Positions 17,486 to 27,929 of a stretch of 32,194 nt of DNA are shown piece by piece. The stretch comes from Pedosphaera sp. GTDB taxonomy: Bacteria; Verrucomicrobiota; Verrucomicrobiia; Limisphaerales; SIBH01. Below the pieces are notes generated by a model. It did no database searches. It saw only the letters and a program-made list of their open reading frames with translations, and had not been told where the DNA came from. The stretch is from contig JANOQV010000126.1 in assembly GCA_031414955.1 (NCBI GenBank), forward strand, positions 1 to 32,194. The letters run 5' to 3'. Each line of letters begins with the position of its first letter. Within the stretch, counting starts at the first letter, position 1. Position numbers and translations under genes: made by a program.

Positions 17486-18031
17486 GAACTGCAAGACCGT
17501 GAACGAGGTCTCAAACCACAGTTCGTTGAATTCAAACTGCATCTGCCCGGATTCGAAGTTTGCGCCGAACCAGACGACTTGGTTACGCGGCTGCATCAAG
17601 CCACAAAGCTCGTCGAAAATCTCGGCCTCGAAAGCCAGCAAGTGGTAGCGGTCGCGACGTAATCCTTCCCGGGCCATCGCGGCCAGCAATTGTTCCGCCT
17701 CGGCCCGCGAGCGTTTGAGGATCCAAATCTCCGCCGCGTGAACCTTCACGGCCAGCTTGTTGAGTTTGCTCACGCCGCACTCGCCGCATTCGACCCAGAG
17801 TTTGGGGGTCATGTCGTAATCGAGCCAGACCAAGTCCGGGCGGAAAGAGATCGAGTCGTTGTGGACGTCGCCCTCGATCTGGATCCGGTCGCGATAGAAG
17901 AGCACGAATCCGAGCATCTTGAGCATGACCTGGGCGATGGTCTCGGGATCGTGTTGCCCAATGATGATGCTGCCGGGCAACGGCCGTTTCCGGTCGCGGC
18001 TCTCAAAGCGAAAGCTGTATTTCGCGCTCAT
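17483..18031 (-). CDS. yaeQ: YaeQ family protein
   Basis: 182 aa from MSAKYSF; 'ETIAQVMLKMLGFVLF', 'RPDL', 'LWVECG' fit the PD-(D/E)XK-like YaeQ pattern. The ORF extension to 18973 is an antisense shadow of the next gene. Confidence 0.75.
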   Translation of the reverse strand: MSAKYSFRFESRDRKRPLPGSIIIGQHDPETIAQVMLKMLGFVLFYRDRIQIEGDVHNDSISFRPDLVWLDYDMTPKLWVECGECGVSKLNKLAVKVHAAEIWILKRSRAEAEQLLAAMAREGLRRDRYHLLAFEAEIFDELCGLMQPRNQVVWFGANFESGQMQFEFNELWFETSFTVLQF

Positions 18032-18160
18032 CGCCGGGGAGGAAACACCAAACGGCGCGAGGCCAGCACGAAATAAGTTTAACGCGGGCGCAGCGGGACA
18101 GGCTTGGCCTATGAGAATTGCTTGATGACAAACAGTGTGCCCGGCGTCCGAAATCACATC

Positions 18161-19486
18161 ATGAACGCACCCAAAATCCTCCTCGCCTTGGCGCTCGCCG
18201 CTTCCACCGCCTTCGCTCCGGCTCAGGCGGTCAAGGACCGTGAAGGCGCGGTGCGCCAGGACAAGTCCACCATGGAGAACGACGCGCGCTGGATCTACAA
18301 CGACATCCAGAAGGGCTTCGAACAGGCCAAGTGGAAGGGCAAGCCGCTGCTCGTGGTGCTGCGCTGCGTGCCATGCCACTCCTGCGCGGGCATCGACGCC
18401 TCGGTATTGCAGGAGCCGGAACTCGCTCCGCTGCTGGACAAGTTCGTCTGCGTGCGGGTCATCAATGCCAATGCGCTCGACCTTGCGCTCTTCCAGTTCG
18501 ACTACGATCTCTCCTTCTCCACGCTCTTCTTCAACGGCGACGGCACGGTGTACGGCCGTTACGGTTCTTGGACGCATCAGAAGAATCCGGCGGACAAGAC
18601 CACGGCGGGTTATAGGCGCGCCTTGGAAGCGGCCCTGGCCATTCATCGCGGCTATCCCGGCAACAAGGCTTCGCTGGCCGGCAAGCAGGGCGGACCGACG
18701 CCCTTCAAGACCTCGATTGAAATTCCGGCGCTGGCGGCCAAGTACAAGAGCACGCTCGATTGGGAGGGCAAGGTGGTGCAGAGCTGCGTTCATTGCCATC
18801 AGATCGGCGACGCGCTCCGCACCTCGTATCGCGACCAGAAGCAGCCGATGCCTGCGGAACTGATCTACCCGATGCCGACGCCGGAGACGGTGGGGCTGAC
18901 GCTGGTGCCGGATCAGATTGCCAGCATCACTGCGGTCGCGCCTGGATCCATCGCTGCGCAGGCCGGGCTGCAAGCGGGGGATGAATTAATTTCGCTCGGC
19001 GGGCAGCCGCTCGTTTCCATCGCGGACGTGGCCTGGGTGCTGCACCGCGCGCCGGAATCCGGCCTGTTGAGTGCCATGGTGAAACGAGGCAACCGCAGCC
19101 AGACCATGAGTCTGACGCTGCCGGCTCAGTGGCGAGAGCACAGCGACATTTCCCGGCGTGTCGGCACCTGGACCATGCGCGGCATGGCCAGCGGTGGATT
19201 GACTTTGGAAGACTTGAGCGATGCGGATCGGCTGCAACGCGGCCTGACCAAGGACCAACTGGCGTTGCGCGTCAAAGGCGTCGGTCAGTATAACAAACAC
19301 GCTGCGGCCAAGAACGCCGGGTTTCAGAAGGAGGATGTCATCGTGGCCATCGCCGGGCTGCAAACGCGCCTGACCGAAGGCCAGTACCTGGGAAGGATTC
19401 TCCAGGCGCACCAAGTCGGGGCCAAGCTCAACACCACCGTCCTGCGCGGCGAGCAACGCGTGGAGTTGAAGCTGCCGATGCAATAG
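18161..19486 (+). CDS. Trx7/PDZ domain-containing (seleno)protein family member, Cys form
   Basis: Signal peptide; thioredoxin-like 'KPLLVVLRCVPCHSC', 'FQFDYDLSF', 'YGRYG'; 'CVHCHQ'; two PDZ-like segments ('GSIAAQAGLQAGDEL', 'AAKNAGFQKEDVIV'). Confidence 0.85.
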   Translation: MNAPKILLALALAASTAFAPAQAVKDREGAVRQDKSTMENDARWIYNDIQKGFEQAKWKGKPLLVVLRCVPCHSCAGIDASVLQEPELAPLLDKFVCVRVINANALDLALFQFDYDLSFSTLFFNGDGTVYGRYGSWTHQKNPADKTTAGYRRALEAALAIHRGYPGNKASLAGKQGGPTPFKTSIEIPALAAKYKSTLDWEGKVVQSCVHCHQIGDALRTSYRDQKQPMPAELIYPMPTPETVGLTLVPDQIASITAVAPGSIAAQAGLQAGDELISLGGQPLVSIADVAWVLHRAPESGLLSAMVKRGNRSQTMSLTLPAQWREHSDISRRVGTWTMRGMASGGLTLEDLSDADRLQRGLTKDQLALRVKGVGQYNKHAAAKNAGFQKEDVIVAIAGLQTRLTEGQYLGRILQAHQVGAKLNTTVLRGEQRVELKLPMQ

Positions 19487-19524
19487 CTCGCCCAAGTCCC
19501 TCGGCCTTCGATACCCTGGCAGGA

Positions 19525-19734
19525 ATGAAATTGCGACAAGGCGAAGTGTGGCAGCGGTCCGGAGAATTCCTGCGCGTGATCCGGGTGGAGCGGCTGGCGG
19601 TGGAATACAAGGCGATGAAATCCCTCGCGGCCAAGACCGGCACCTTGCACAAGGTGACCAAGAAGGAATTCTGTCGCCTGCTCAAGACCGCAGAACTGCT
19701 CCCAGGGCCAGGGTTGGAAGTGGCCGCGCCATGA
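19525..19734 (+). CDS. Small basic hypothetical protein (69 aa)
   Basis: Fills the intergenic gap with typical codon usage; globular sequence 'MKLRQGEVWQ...VTKKEFCRLLK'. Confidence 0.7.
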   Translation: MKLRQGEVWQRSGEFLRVIRVERLAVEYKAMKSLAAKTGTLHKVTKKEFCRLLKTAELLPGPGLEVAAP

Positions 19735-19780
19735 GTTGACACCCCACTGACCGTACCAATCCACTTTCCCGAAGCGACAC

Positions 19781-19809
19781 TTGCTTTCGCCGGAACAGCC
19801 CTCCATCCT
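19781..19809 (+). promoter_or_regulatory. Putative promoter TTGCTT-N17-CATCCT
   Basis: Lies 23 nt upstream of the ATG at 19833. Confidence 0.45.
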
Positions 19810-19832
19810 GCGCCGACATTACAGAACGATTA

Positions 19833-21524
19833 ATGAGCACACCGTCAGACACAGATTTGGATCTCGATTCGCTTTTTCTTCCTGCGTGGGCGCAGCAGCC
19901 GGCGAATAAGAATCTCTACGCCAAGTACGAAGGCCGCGAAGAACGCGAACCGCGCCGCGATGACCGGGGCGGTCGCCCCGGTGGCCGTCCGCGCGGGGAT
20001 CACCCGGCCGGCCGGCCCGAAGGGCGAGGCCCGCGGCCCCAACAGGACCGTCGTGGGGGCGGTGGACCTGGAGGTCCCGGCGGCTTCGGTGGTGGTGGTG
20101 GTGGTGGTCGAGGCTCCGGGCCGCGCCGCGATTTCGGCCCGCGTGGTGGAGGGCGTCCCGAACAGGATCGGCCGGCCCCGCCGCCTTTGCCTGAAGTGGA
20201 GGTGCAAATCCGCCCCGACGAGACCGGCATCGACTCCCTGGCACGCCAGATCAAAATGACCGGCCGCGCCTATCCGCTGTTCGGCATCGCCCAAATCGTC
20301 CTGGAGAAGCCCGAGCGTTACACGGTGGTGTTCACGGCCAAGAAGAAGCCGGATGGCACCGCCGTGCAGCCGATCTTCGCCTGCGCGCTGGATGACAGCT
20401 TGTGGTTGAGCGAGGACGAGGCCGTGGCCCACGTTCTACAGAAACAGTTCAACACGTTTTACCAGGCGGAGCGCACGCAGACGGATCCGCCCAAGGGCAC
20501 TTACACCTTCGTGGCGCAATGCGGCGTCAGCGGCATCATCCTCGGTCCGCCCAACTATCACGATTATCAGAACCAGTTGCGCAAGTTGCACGCGGAGCGA
20601 TTCGCTCGCATGCCGTTCGACATGTTCAAGTCGCGCGTCCGCATTGTGAAGGACGAGGCGGTGGTCAAGAAATGGGTCGAAGACCAGAGCTGGAAGACCG
20701 AATACGTCTGCCTCAACGTGCCTGAGCCGCTCAAGCTCGCCACGCGCGAAGAGGTCGAGAAGCATTTCCGCGAGACGCACCTCGCCACCATCATCAAGCA
20801 GGTCGAGAAGCATCAGCTTTCCGGCCCGGCCAGCCGCGCCATGACTTGCCGCGGACTGCATCAGCTCGCGCGCATGAAGTGGGAGGACCAGTCCCATTTC
20901 CCGCTCCAACTCGGGACGCTGCTCAGTCAGTTGTTCGCCTCGCGCGGACTCCAGTTCTTCAAGGTCAACAAGACCATCACCCACGTCTCGGTGGCGCGAC
21001 CGGCCTACCTCGACCTCGAAACCACCCCCGTCTCCGAAAGCGTGCGGCGCATTGTCGAGTTCGTGGCGGCGCATCCCAAGTGTTCGCGGCGGAATTTGTT
21101 CGAAGCGCTCGCGCCGGCTGCTCTGGCGACAACGCAGGCGCCCGTCGAAGGTGCCCCGGTGCCGGAGCTTTCGCCCGAAGCCAGCGCGGTGATCTCCGAT
21201 CTGCACTGGCTGGTGCATCAGGGCCATGTGATCGAATTCGCCAACGGAACTTTGGAGACGGCCAAGAAACCGCAGCCCAAGCCGCAGCCCAAACCGGCGA
21301 AGGTGAAAGAGGCGGCACCGACGGAACCGTCACCAGCGGCCGAGCCGGCAGCAGAGCAGGGGATTGAGAGCCCAGTGGCTGTCGAGGTTTCTGAGATTGC
21401 TGAGGCCAGCGAATCCGCGCCGACAAGTGAAGTTGCCAGTGCGGTGGGGACTCCCGCTGCACCCGCCAGCGCGGAGGCCGTTCCCGCCGCGCCGCCCGCC
21501 GTGCCGGAGTCGAGCGCAACTTAA
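19833..21524 (+). CDS. Hypothetical cytoplasmic protein: RG/RGG-rich N-terminus, globular core, Pro/Ala/Glu-rich tail
   Basis: 563-aa ORF with strong GC3 bias in the core; (GGT)7 at 20088-20108 encodes poly-Gly. Confidence 0.85.
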   Translation: MSTPSDTDLDLDSLFLPAWAQQPANKNLYAKYEGREEREPRRDDRGGRPGGRPRGDHPAGRPEGRGPRPQQDRRGGGGPGGPGGFGGGGGGGRGSGPRRDFGPRGGGRPEQDRPAPPPLPEVEVQIRPDETGIDSLARQIKMTGRAYPLFGIAQIVLEKPERYTVVFTAKKKPDGTAVQPIFACALDDSLWLSEDEAVAHVLQKQFNTFYQAERTQTDPPKGTYTFVAQCGVSGIILGPPNYHDYQNQLRKLHAERFARMPFDMFKSRVRIVKDEAVVKKWVEDQSWKTEYVCLNVPEPLKLATREEVEKHFRETHLATIIKQVEKHQLSGPASRAMTCRGLHQLARMKWEDQSHFPLQLGTLLSQLFASRGLQFFKVNKTITHVSVARPAYLDLETTPVSESVRRIVEFVAAHPKCSRRNLFEALAPAALATTQAPVEGAPVPELSPEASAVISDLHWLVHQGHVIEFANGTLETAKKPQPKPQPKPAKVKEAAPTEPSPAAEPAAEQGIESPVAVEVSEIAEASESAPTSEVASAVGTPAAPASAEAVPAAPPAVPESSAT

Positions 21525-21532
21525 TCTTGAGC

Positions 21533-21560
21533 GGAGCGCGGACAAGTGTGTCCGCGCTCC
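21533..21560. repeat. Perfect 12-bp REP-like hairpin between convergent genes (possible terminator)
   Basis: ggagcgcggaca-agtg-tgtccgcgctcc. Confidence 0.8.
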
Positions 21561-21562
21561 CG

Positions 21563-22954
21563 TTACTTCAGCACGGCCCGCCGGAGGACGTGGTAAACGT
21601 CCGTTGATTCCACATCCGAGGGAACCAAGTCGGGCGCGGCGATGAGCACCGGCCAGTCCTTCATGGAGCGAGGCCGGCAGCCGTGGGAGCCTTTCACCAG
21701 GGTGGCGTCGAGCGGGATGACATCCATCAACATGCGGAAGCCGAGTTTCTTTTGCAGCAGGCGGCGCGCGATCTTGAGCTTGGGAAACTTCAGTGCCGGA
21801 TCGAGGAACAACTCCACCGGGTCGTAGCCCGGTTTGCGATGAATGTCCACGGTGCGGGCGAAGTCGGGCGCGCGCGCGTCATCAGCCCAGTAGTAGTAAG
21901 TGAACCACGCATTCTCCTCGGCCACGGCGATCAAGTCGCCGGCCCGACTATGATCGATGCCTAAAGCCTGCTTCTCGGCTTCGCCGAGCACGGACGCGAC
22001 GCCTGCGAGCCATCCGAGCAGCTTTCGCACATCAGGCAGCAGCGACGGATCCTTCACGTAGATGTGCGCGATTTGATGATCCGCTACAGCGAACACCTTG
22101 CTCGCGCCGTAATCGAGCAACTCACGACCTAGTTCCTCGCGCACCTCCAGCCAACCACAACTTCGGAAGTGCCGGTTCAAGTGAACCGGACAAGTCACCG
22201 GCGTGATGCCGTATTCAGAAAGCAGAATCACCTGCACATCCCGCTGGCTGAAGAACTCAATCAAGCCACCCACAATCAGATCAATCTCGCGAAGATCCTG
22301 GTGCATGGAGGGATCGTCCGGGCCGACACGCTGCAAGTTGTAATCAAGATGGGGCAGGTAAATGAGGCTCAGGGTCGGCGAATGCTTGCGTTCGATCCAG
22401 CGCGCGGACTCGGCAATCCATCGCGACACCGCGTCGCGCGTGCCCTGTGGCGTCTTCACGCCCGCCGCCGGCCCCCAGAATCCAGGAAACGGAAACTCGC
22501 CGAGGTCTTTCTTAATCGCGGTGCGGATGCCCGGCGGCGAAGTGTAGATATCGAACACTTTGCGCCCATCCGCCGGATACATCGGGCGTGGTGTGATCGA
22601 CCAGTCCGCCGTGGAATACATGTTGTACCACCAGAAGAGCTTCGCGCAGGTGAACGAGGGATCGAGGCGCTTCAGCTCGTCCCAGATTTTCGGGCACTGC
22701 ACGACGTGGTTGGACTGTTTCCAGAATTGCACCTCGGCCAGTTCGCGGTTGTACCAGCCATTGGCCACGATGCCGTGGCTGGAGGCGCGCGCGCCGGTGA
22801 GGTAATCCGACTGCGCGGTGCAGGTGACGGCGGGAAAGGCCGGCCTGATATGCGTCAGTCGGTGGCTCTTCACGAAGGCCGCGATCTGCGGCGTGTGCTC
22901 ACCGATCAGCGACTCGGTGAGTCCGACGACATTGATGACCGCGGTGCGTTTCAT
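21563..22954 (-). CDS. eboF: Alkaline phosphatase superfamily nucleotide pyrophosphatase/phosphodiesterase (EboF-like)
   Basis: Start MKRTAVINVVGL; Thr nucleophile motif 'FPAVTC'; 'HGIVANGWY', 'FWWYNMY', 'YLPHLDY', 'SEYG', 'RAPDFARTVDIHRKPGYDPVELF', 'KGSHG'. Confidence 0.82.
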   Translation of the reverse strand: MKRTAVINVVGLTESLIGEHTPQIAAFVKSHRLTHIRPAFPAVTCTAQSDYLTGARASSHGIVANGWYNRELAEVQFWKQSNHVVQCPKIWDELKRLDPSFTCAKLFWWYNMYSTADWSITPRPMYPADGRKVFDIYTSPPGIRTAIKKDLGEFPFPGFWGPAAGVKTPQGTRDAVSRWIAESARWIERKHSPTLSLIYLPHLDYNLQRVGPDDPSMHQDLREIDLIVGGLIEFFSQRDVQVILLSEYGITPVTCPVHLNRHFRSCGWLEVREELGRELLDYGASKVFAVADHQIAHIYVKDPSLLPDVRKLLGWLAGVASVLGEAEKQALGIDHSRAGDLIAVAEENAWFTYYYWADDARAPDFARTVDIHRKPGYDPVELFLDPALKFPKLKIARRLLQKKLGFRMLMDVIPLDATLVKGSHGCRPRSMKDWPVLIAAPDLVPSDVESTDVYHVLRRAVLK

Positions 22955-22976
22955 TCCGTTGCGGCGAAAGGCTAAC

Positions 22977-23000
22977 CACGGATGACACGGATGACACGGA
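22977..23000. repeat. 9-bp tandem repeat (CACGGATGA)2 CACGGA
   Basis: cacggatga cacggatga cacgga, 22 nt upstream of the eboF-like start. Confidence 0.8.
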
Positions 23001-23007
23001 AGAATGC

Positions 23008-23103
23008 ACGGAGCGCGGACATTCCTGTCCGCAGCAATGTGGACGAGGCGAGGCGCTTCATTCCTGGCCAGGACTGCTGCGGACAGGAATGTCCGCGCGC
23101 CGT
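23008..23103. repeat. REP doublet (REPIN/BIME-like): 29-bp inverted repeat pair
   Basis: acggagcgcggacattcctgtccgcagca (23008-23036) vs tgctgcggacaggaatgtccgcgcgccgt (23075-23103), 28/29 complementary; each arm is also an internal hairpin. Confidence 0.9.
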
Positions 23104-25319
23104 CACGGGCGGAAGATGAATTCCTTGGCGTTGAGCAGCGACCACGCAATGTCCTCGAAGGCCTTGCGCCGATCCTCGGCCTGCCCGGCGCGGCGGCTGG
23201 TCTCAAGTTCCTCGGCTTGCGTGGGCGGACGACTGAGTGCTGCCCAATAAAGTTCGTGGACGATCTCGCGGTTGGATTTGCCGCCGACCATCAGGCGCTG
23301 AATGCGGTTCTCGGGCGCGGAGAGAATTTCGTTAATCTCAGGACCGCTGACCAGATTGAACGCCTGGCTCATGGTCGTTTCGCCCGACCGCTCGCAATCG
23401 CAACTGAGCAGACGCATGGGCTTGCCGAACAACGTCAGGAAGGTGTCACTGCTCGACCGTCGCTTTTCGCGCAGTCGCACCGCTTCGACTCCAGGCAGTT
23501 GCCCCGCGCGCAGGCCGCTGGGGTAGCCGTTGAATCGAGCTGGCACCGCCAGCGCCTCGTGTTGCGCGTCGAGCAGTTGCTCCGCCGTGAGCCGGCGCAG
23601 AAGGACGTGCGAGTAATTAATGTCGTCCCCGGCGTTGGTGTCGTTCGGAGCCGAGTCGAGCTGGTAGGTGCTCGAATTCATGATGGTGCGGATGAGCCAG
23701 CGCAGGTCGAATTTCCGCGCGGCGAAATCGGTGGCCAATTGCTCCATCAGCTCAGGATGGCTGGCTGGATTGGTCGGGCGAAAATCATCGATCGGGTCCA
23801 CCAGTCCGCGCCCCATCAGGTGATACCAGACGCGATTGGCCTGCGACTTGGCGAAGAGCGGGTTGGCGGTAATCCACTTGGCCAGTTCGCGCAACGGATC
23901 GGCTTCCGCCGCGAGACCGGCTCCAGCGCCGAGGAAGCGCGCCGCCGCCAGCTTCCCGTTCCGCGCGTTGGTCACCGCGCCCTGGCCCGTGAGATAGACC
24001 ACCTGTTCGCCGACGAATTCGTGCGAGTCGAGGTTGTCGCGCTTCTTGTTCTCCAAAACCTTGTAGCCCACGCGCGCGAACACGCTGGCCCAGTCGTAGT
24101 AGTCGTCCTGGCTCCAACGGTCGAACGGATGGTTGTGACATTGGGCGCACTGCAGCCGCACGCCGAGAAAGACCTGCGCCGTGGCCTCGGCGCGAGTGAT
24201 CGGATCGCGCAAGGCACGGTAGTAATTGGCCGGCGGATTCAGATACGTGCTGCCCCGGGCCGCGATGATCTCGCGGACAAATTGATCGACCGGCTGGTTC
24301 TCGCGCAGGCTCTGGGCAATCCAGCCGTGAAACGCCTGCACGCCCTTGCGGTCAATGGTCTTCTCCTCGTTGCGGAACAGGTCGGCCCATTTGAGCGCCC
24401 AGAACTCGGCGAACTCGGGACGCTCCAGCAATTGATCCACCAGCCGGGCGCGCTTGTCCTTGCGCGTCTCGGCCAGGAAGGACCGCGCTTCCTCCGGCGT
24501 CGGTAGCACGCCGAGCAAGTCGAGAAAGGCGCGGCGGACGAACACCGCATCGGTGCAGAGCGCGGATGGATTGGTCCGCAGCGAGCGGAGCTTCGCGAAC
24601 ACCTTCCGGTCGATGTCATTGCGCTCCCGCGGCGCGCTCCATTGAAAGCCCGGGCGGGCCGGAATGAACGCCAGCCGCACTGGCATTTGTTCCTGCAAGA
24701 ATCTCACCAGCACCGTCGTCTCGCCCGCGCCTTCACTCTGCACCAGTCCATCGTGCGAAACCTTGACCAGGTTGTTGGCCGGCTCATAGACCGCGAGCGA
24801 AGTGATGTCTCGCTCCGTGCCATTGGAGTAGAAGGCCTTCGCGCTCAATTGCCTTTCGCGCTTTGGCTCGACCAGGACTTGCTGCTTGGGCGCGACTTCA
24901 ATGCGAGTCAATTTCGCAGCGGTGTCGACATCGTCCTGGCCGCCCTCGGCAATCCAACTCGCGAGAATCCGGTATTCTTCCGAGTCCTTCTTGAAGCGCA
25001 GCCCGCCTTCGTGCGGCACCTGAGTGGTGGGCTTGAGCAGTAGCAAGCTCGCGTCTGGCACCAGCGGATTCACCCGGCGGGACGCAGCGTCCCGCGTCAA
25101 AGCCAGCCAGTCCAGATCCGGGTCTTGGGAACGCAACGAGAGCTTGAACCCACCCTTGCCATATTTGTTGCCGTGGCAGGTGCCCAGGCTGCATCCGGCC
25201 TTCGAGAGCACGGGCACGACATCATTGCGGAAGGAAACTGGCTCCCCGGCCGACAGGCCCGTCGCGCCGAGCAGGAAGGCCAGAGCAAAAAGCCTGGTGT
25301 TGAATTTCTGTCTGAGCAT
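23103..25319 (-). CDS. DUF1549/DUF1553 (PSCyt2/PSD1) domain protein with an Ig-like (BIG2) segment
   Basis: Signal peptide; 'VSFRNDVVPVLSKAGCSLGTCHG', 'FVRRAFLDLLGVLPT', 'FLGVRLQCAQCHNHPFDRW', 'NRVWYHLMGRGLVDP', 'RRLTAEQL', 'WSLLNAKEF'. Confidence 0.92.
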   Translation of the reverse strand: MLRQKFNTRLFALAFLLGATGLSAGEPVSFRNDVVPVLSKAGCSLGTCHGNKYGKGGFKLSLRSQDPDLDWLALTRDAASRRVNPLVPDASLLLLKPTTQVPHEGGLRFKKDSEEYRILASWIAEGGQDDVDTAAKLTRIEVAPKQQVLVEPKRERQLSAKAFYSNGTERDITSLAVYEPANNLVKVSHDGLVQSEGAGETTVLVRFLQEQMPVRLAFIPARPGFQWSAPRERNDIDRKVFAKLRSLRTNPSALCTDAVFVRRAFLDLLGVLPTPEEARSFLAETRKDKRARLVDQLLERPEFAEFWALKWADLFRNEEKTIDRKGVQAFHGWIAQSLRENQPVDQFVREIIAARGSTYLNPPANYYRALRDPITRAEATAQVFLGVRLQCAQCHNHPFDRWSQDDYYDWASVFARVGYKVLENKKRDNLDSHEFVGEQVVYLTGQGAVTNARNGKLAAARFLGAGAGLAAEADPLRELAKWITANPLFAKSQANRVWYHLMGRGLVDPIDDFRPTNPASHPELMEQLATDFAARKFDLRWLIRTIMNSSTYQLDSAPNDTNAGDDINYSHVLLRRLTAEQLLDAQHEALAVPARFNGYPSGLRAGQLPGVEAVRLREKRRSSSDTFLTLFGKPMRLLSCDCERSGETTMSQAFNLVSGPEINEILSAPENRIQRLMVGGKSNREIVHELYWAALSRPPTQAEELETSRRAGQAEDRRKAFEDIAWSLLNAKEFIFRP

Positions 25320-25417
25320 GAACGCATCAATGGACACACCGTCAGCTGTTGAAATTCAAGCCAACCGTGTGTCGCGCAGAAGCTGCGGGCGCATCTTGGA
25401 AGTGCCGCGACCCATTT

Positions 25418-25447
25418 GAACTGCGAGACTGGAAAGTCCCGCAGTTC
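25418..25447. repeat. Intergenic hairpin (REP-like or terminator-like)
   Basis: gaactgcg-a-gact-ggaa-agtc-c-cgcagttc. Confidence 0.5.
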
Positions 25448-25506
25448 CTCGGTCCCGAGGTTGGCGGCACCTCCAAGAAGCGCCCGATGTGCAGCGGACC
25501 AATTCC

Positions 25507-25543
25507 GCCTGCCGTCCCCTTCACCTGAGAGAGGACGGCAGGC
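25507..25543 (-). terminator. GC-rich hairpin just downstream of katG
   Basis: gcctgccgtcc / ggacggcaggc 11-bp stem, about 30 nt after the katG stop; weak U-tract. Confidence 0.45.
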
Positions 25544-25575
25544 TTGCGATAACTCGATCGAGAAACAGTCAGGCC

Positions 25576-27816
<2,241 letters not shown>

Positions 27817-27892
27817 TCATGACATTTTCTGTCGTGCTCATTTTCGACTGATTGCTGGCGACCATTGAAGCGGCGGGCCTGCCATCGTTGAA

Positions 27893-27929
27893 ATACTTAT
27901 TTCCTTTGGGCACCATAGGCATTGCCTAT
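27893..27929. promoter_or_regulatory. OxyR binding site (four-box)
   Basis: ATAC-ttatttc-CTTT-gggcacc-ATAG-gcattgc-CTAT matches ATAG-N7-CTAT-N7-ATAG-N7-CTAT; overlaps TTGAAA-N17-CACCAT (27888-27916) and the oxyR ATG. Confidence 0.8.

Noticed and set aside
18032..18973. N-terminal extension of yaeQ to 496 aa
   Set aside because: Antisense to the Trx7/PDZ gene; the YaeQ-like sequence starts at 18031.
22977..23103. Possible CRISPR array
   Set aside because: The repeats are inverted or directly tandem, with no series of direct repeats separated by unique spacers, and there are no cas genes.
22955..23206. N-terminal extension of eboF containing 'CHPCH' (apparent heme motif)
   Set aside because: The peptide is just the translation of the 9-bp tandem repeat and REP doublet; not a real CxxCH.
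23004..24506. 500-aa plus-strand ORF (and similar ORFs 29661..31244, 6248..7354, 26698..27750)
   Set aside because: All are antisense to better-supported genes.
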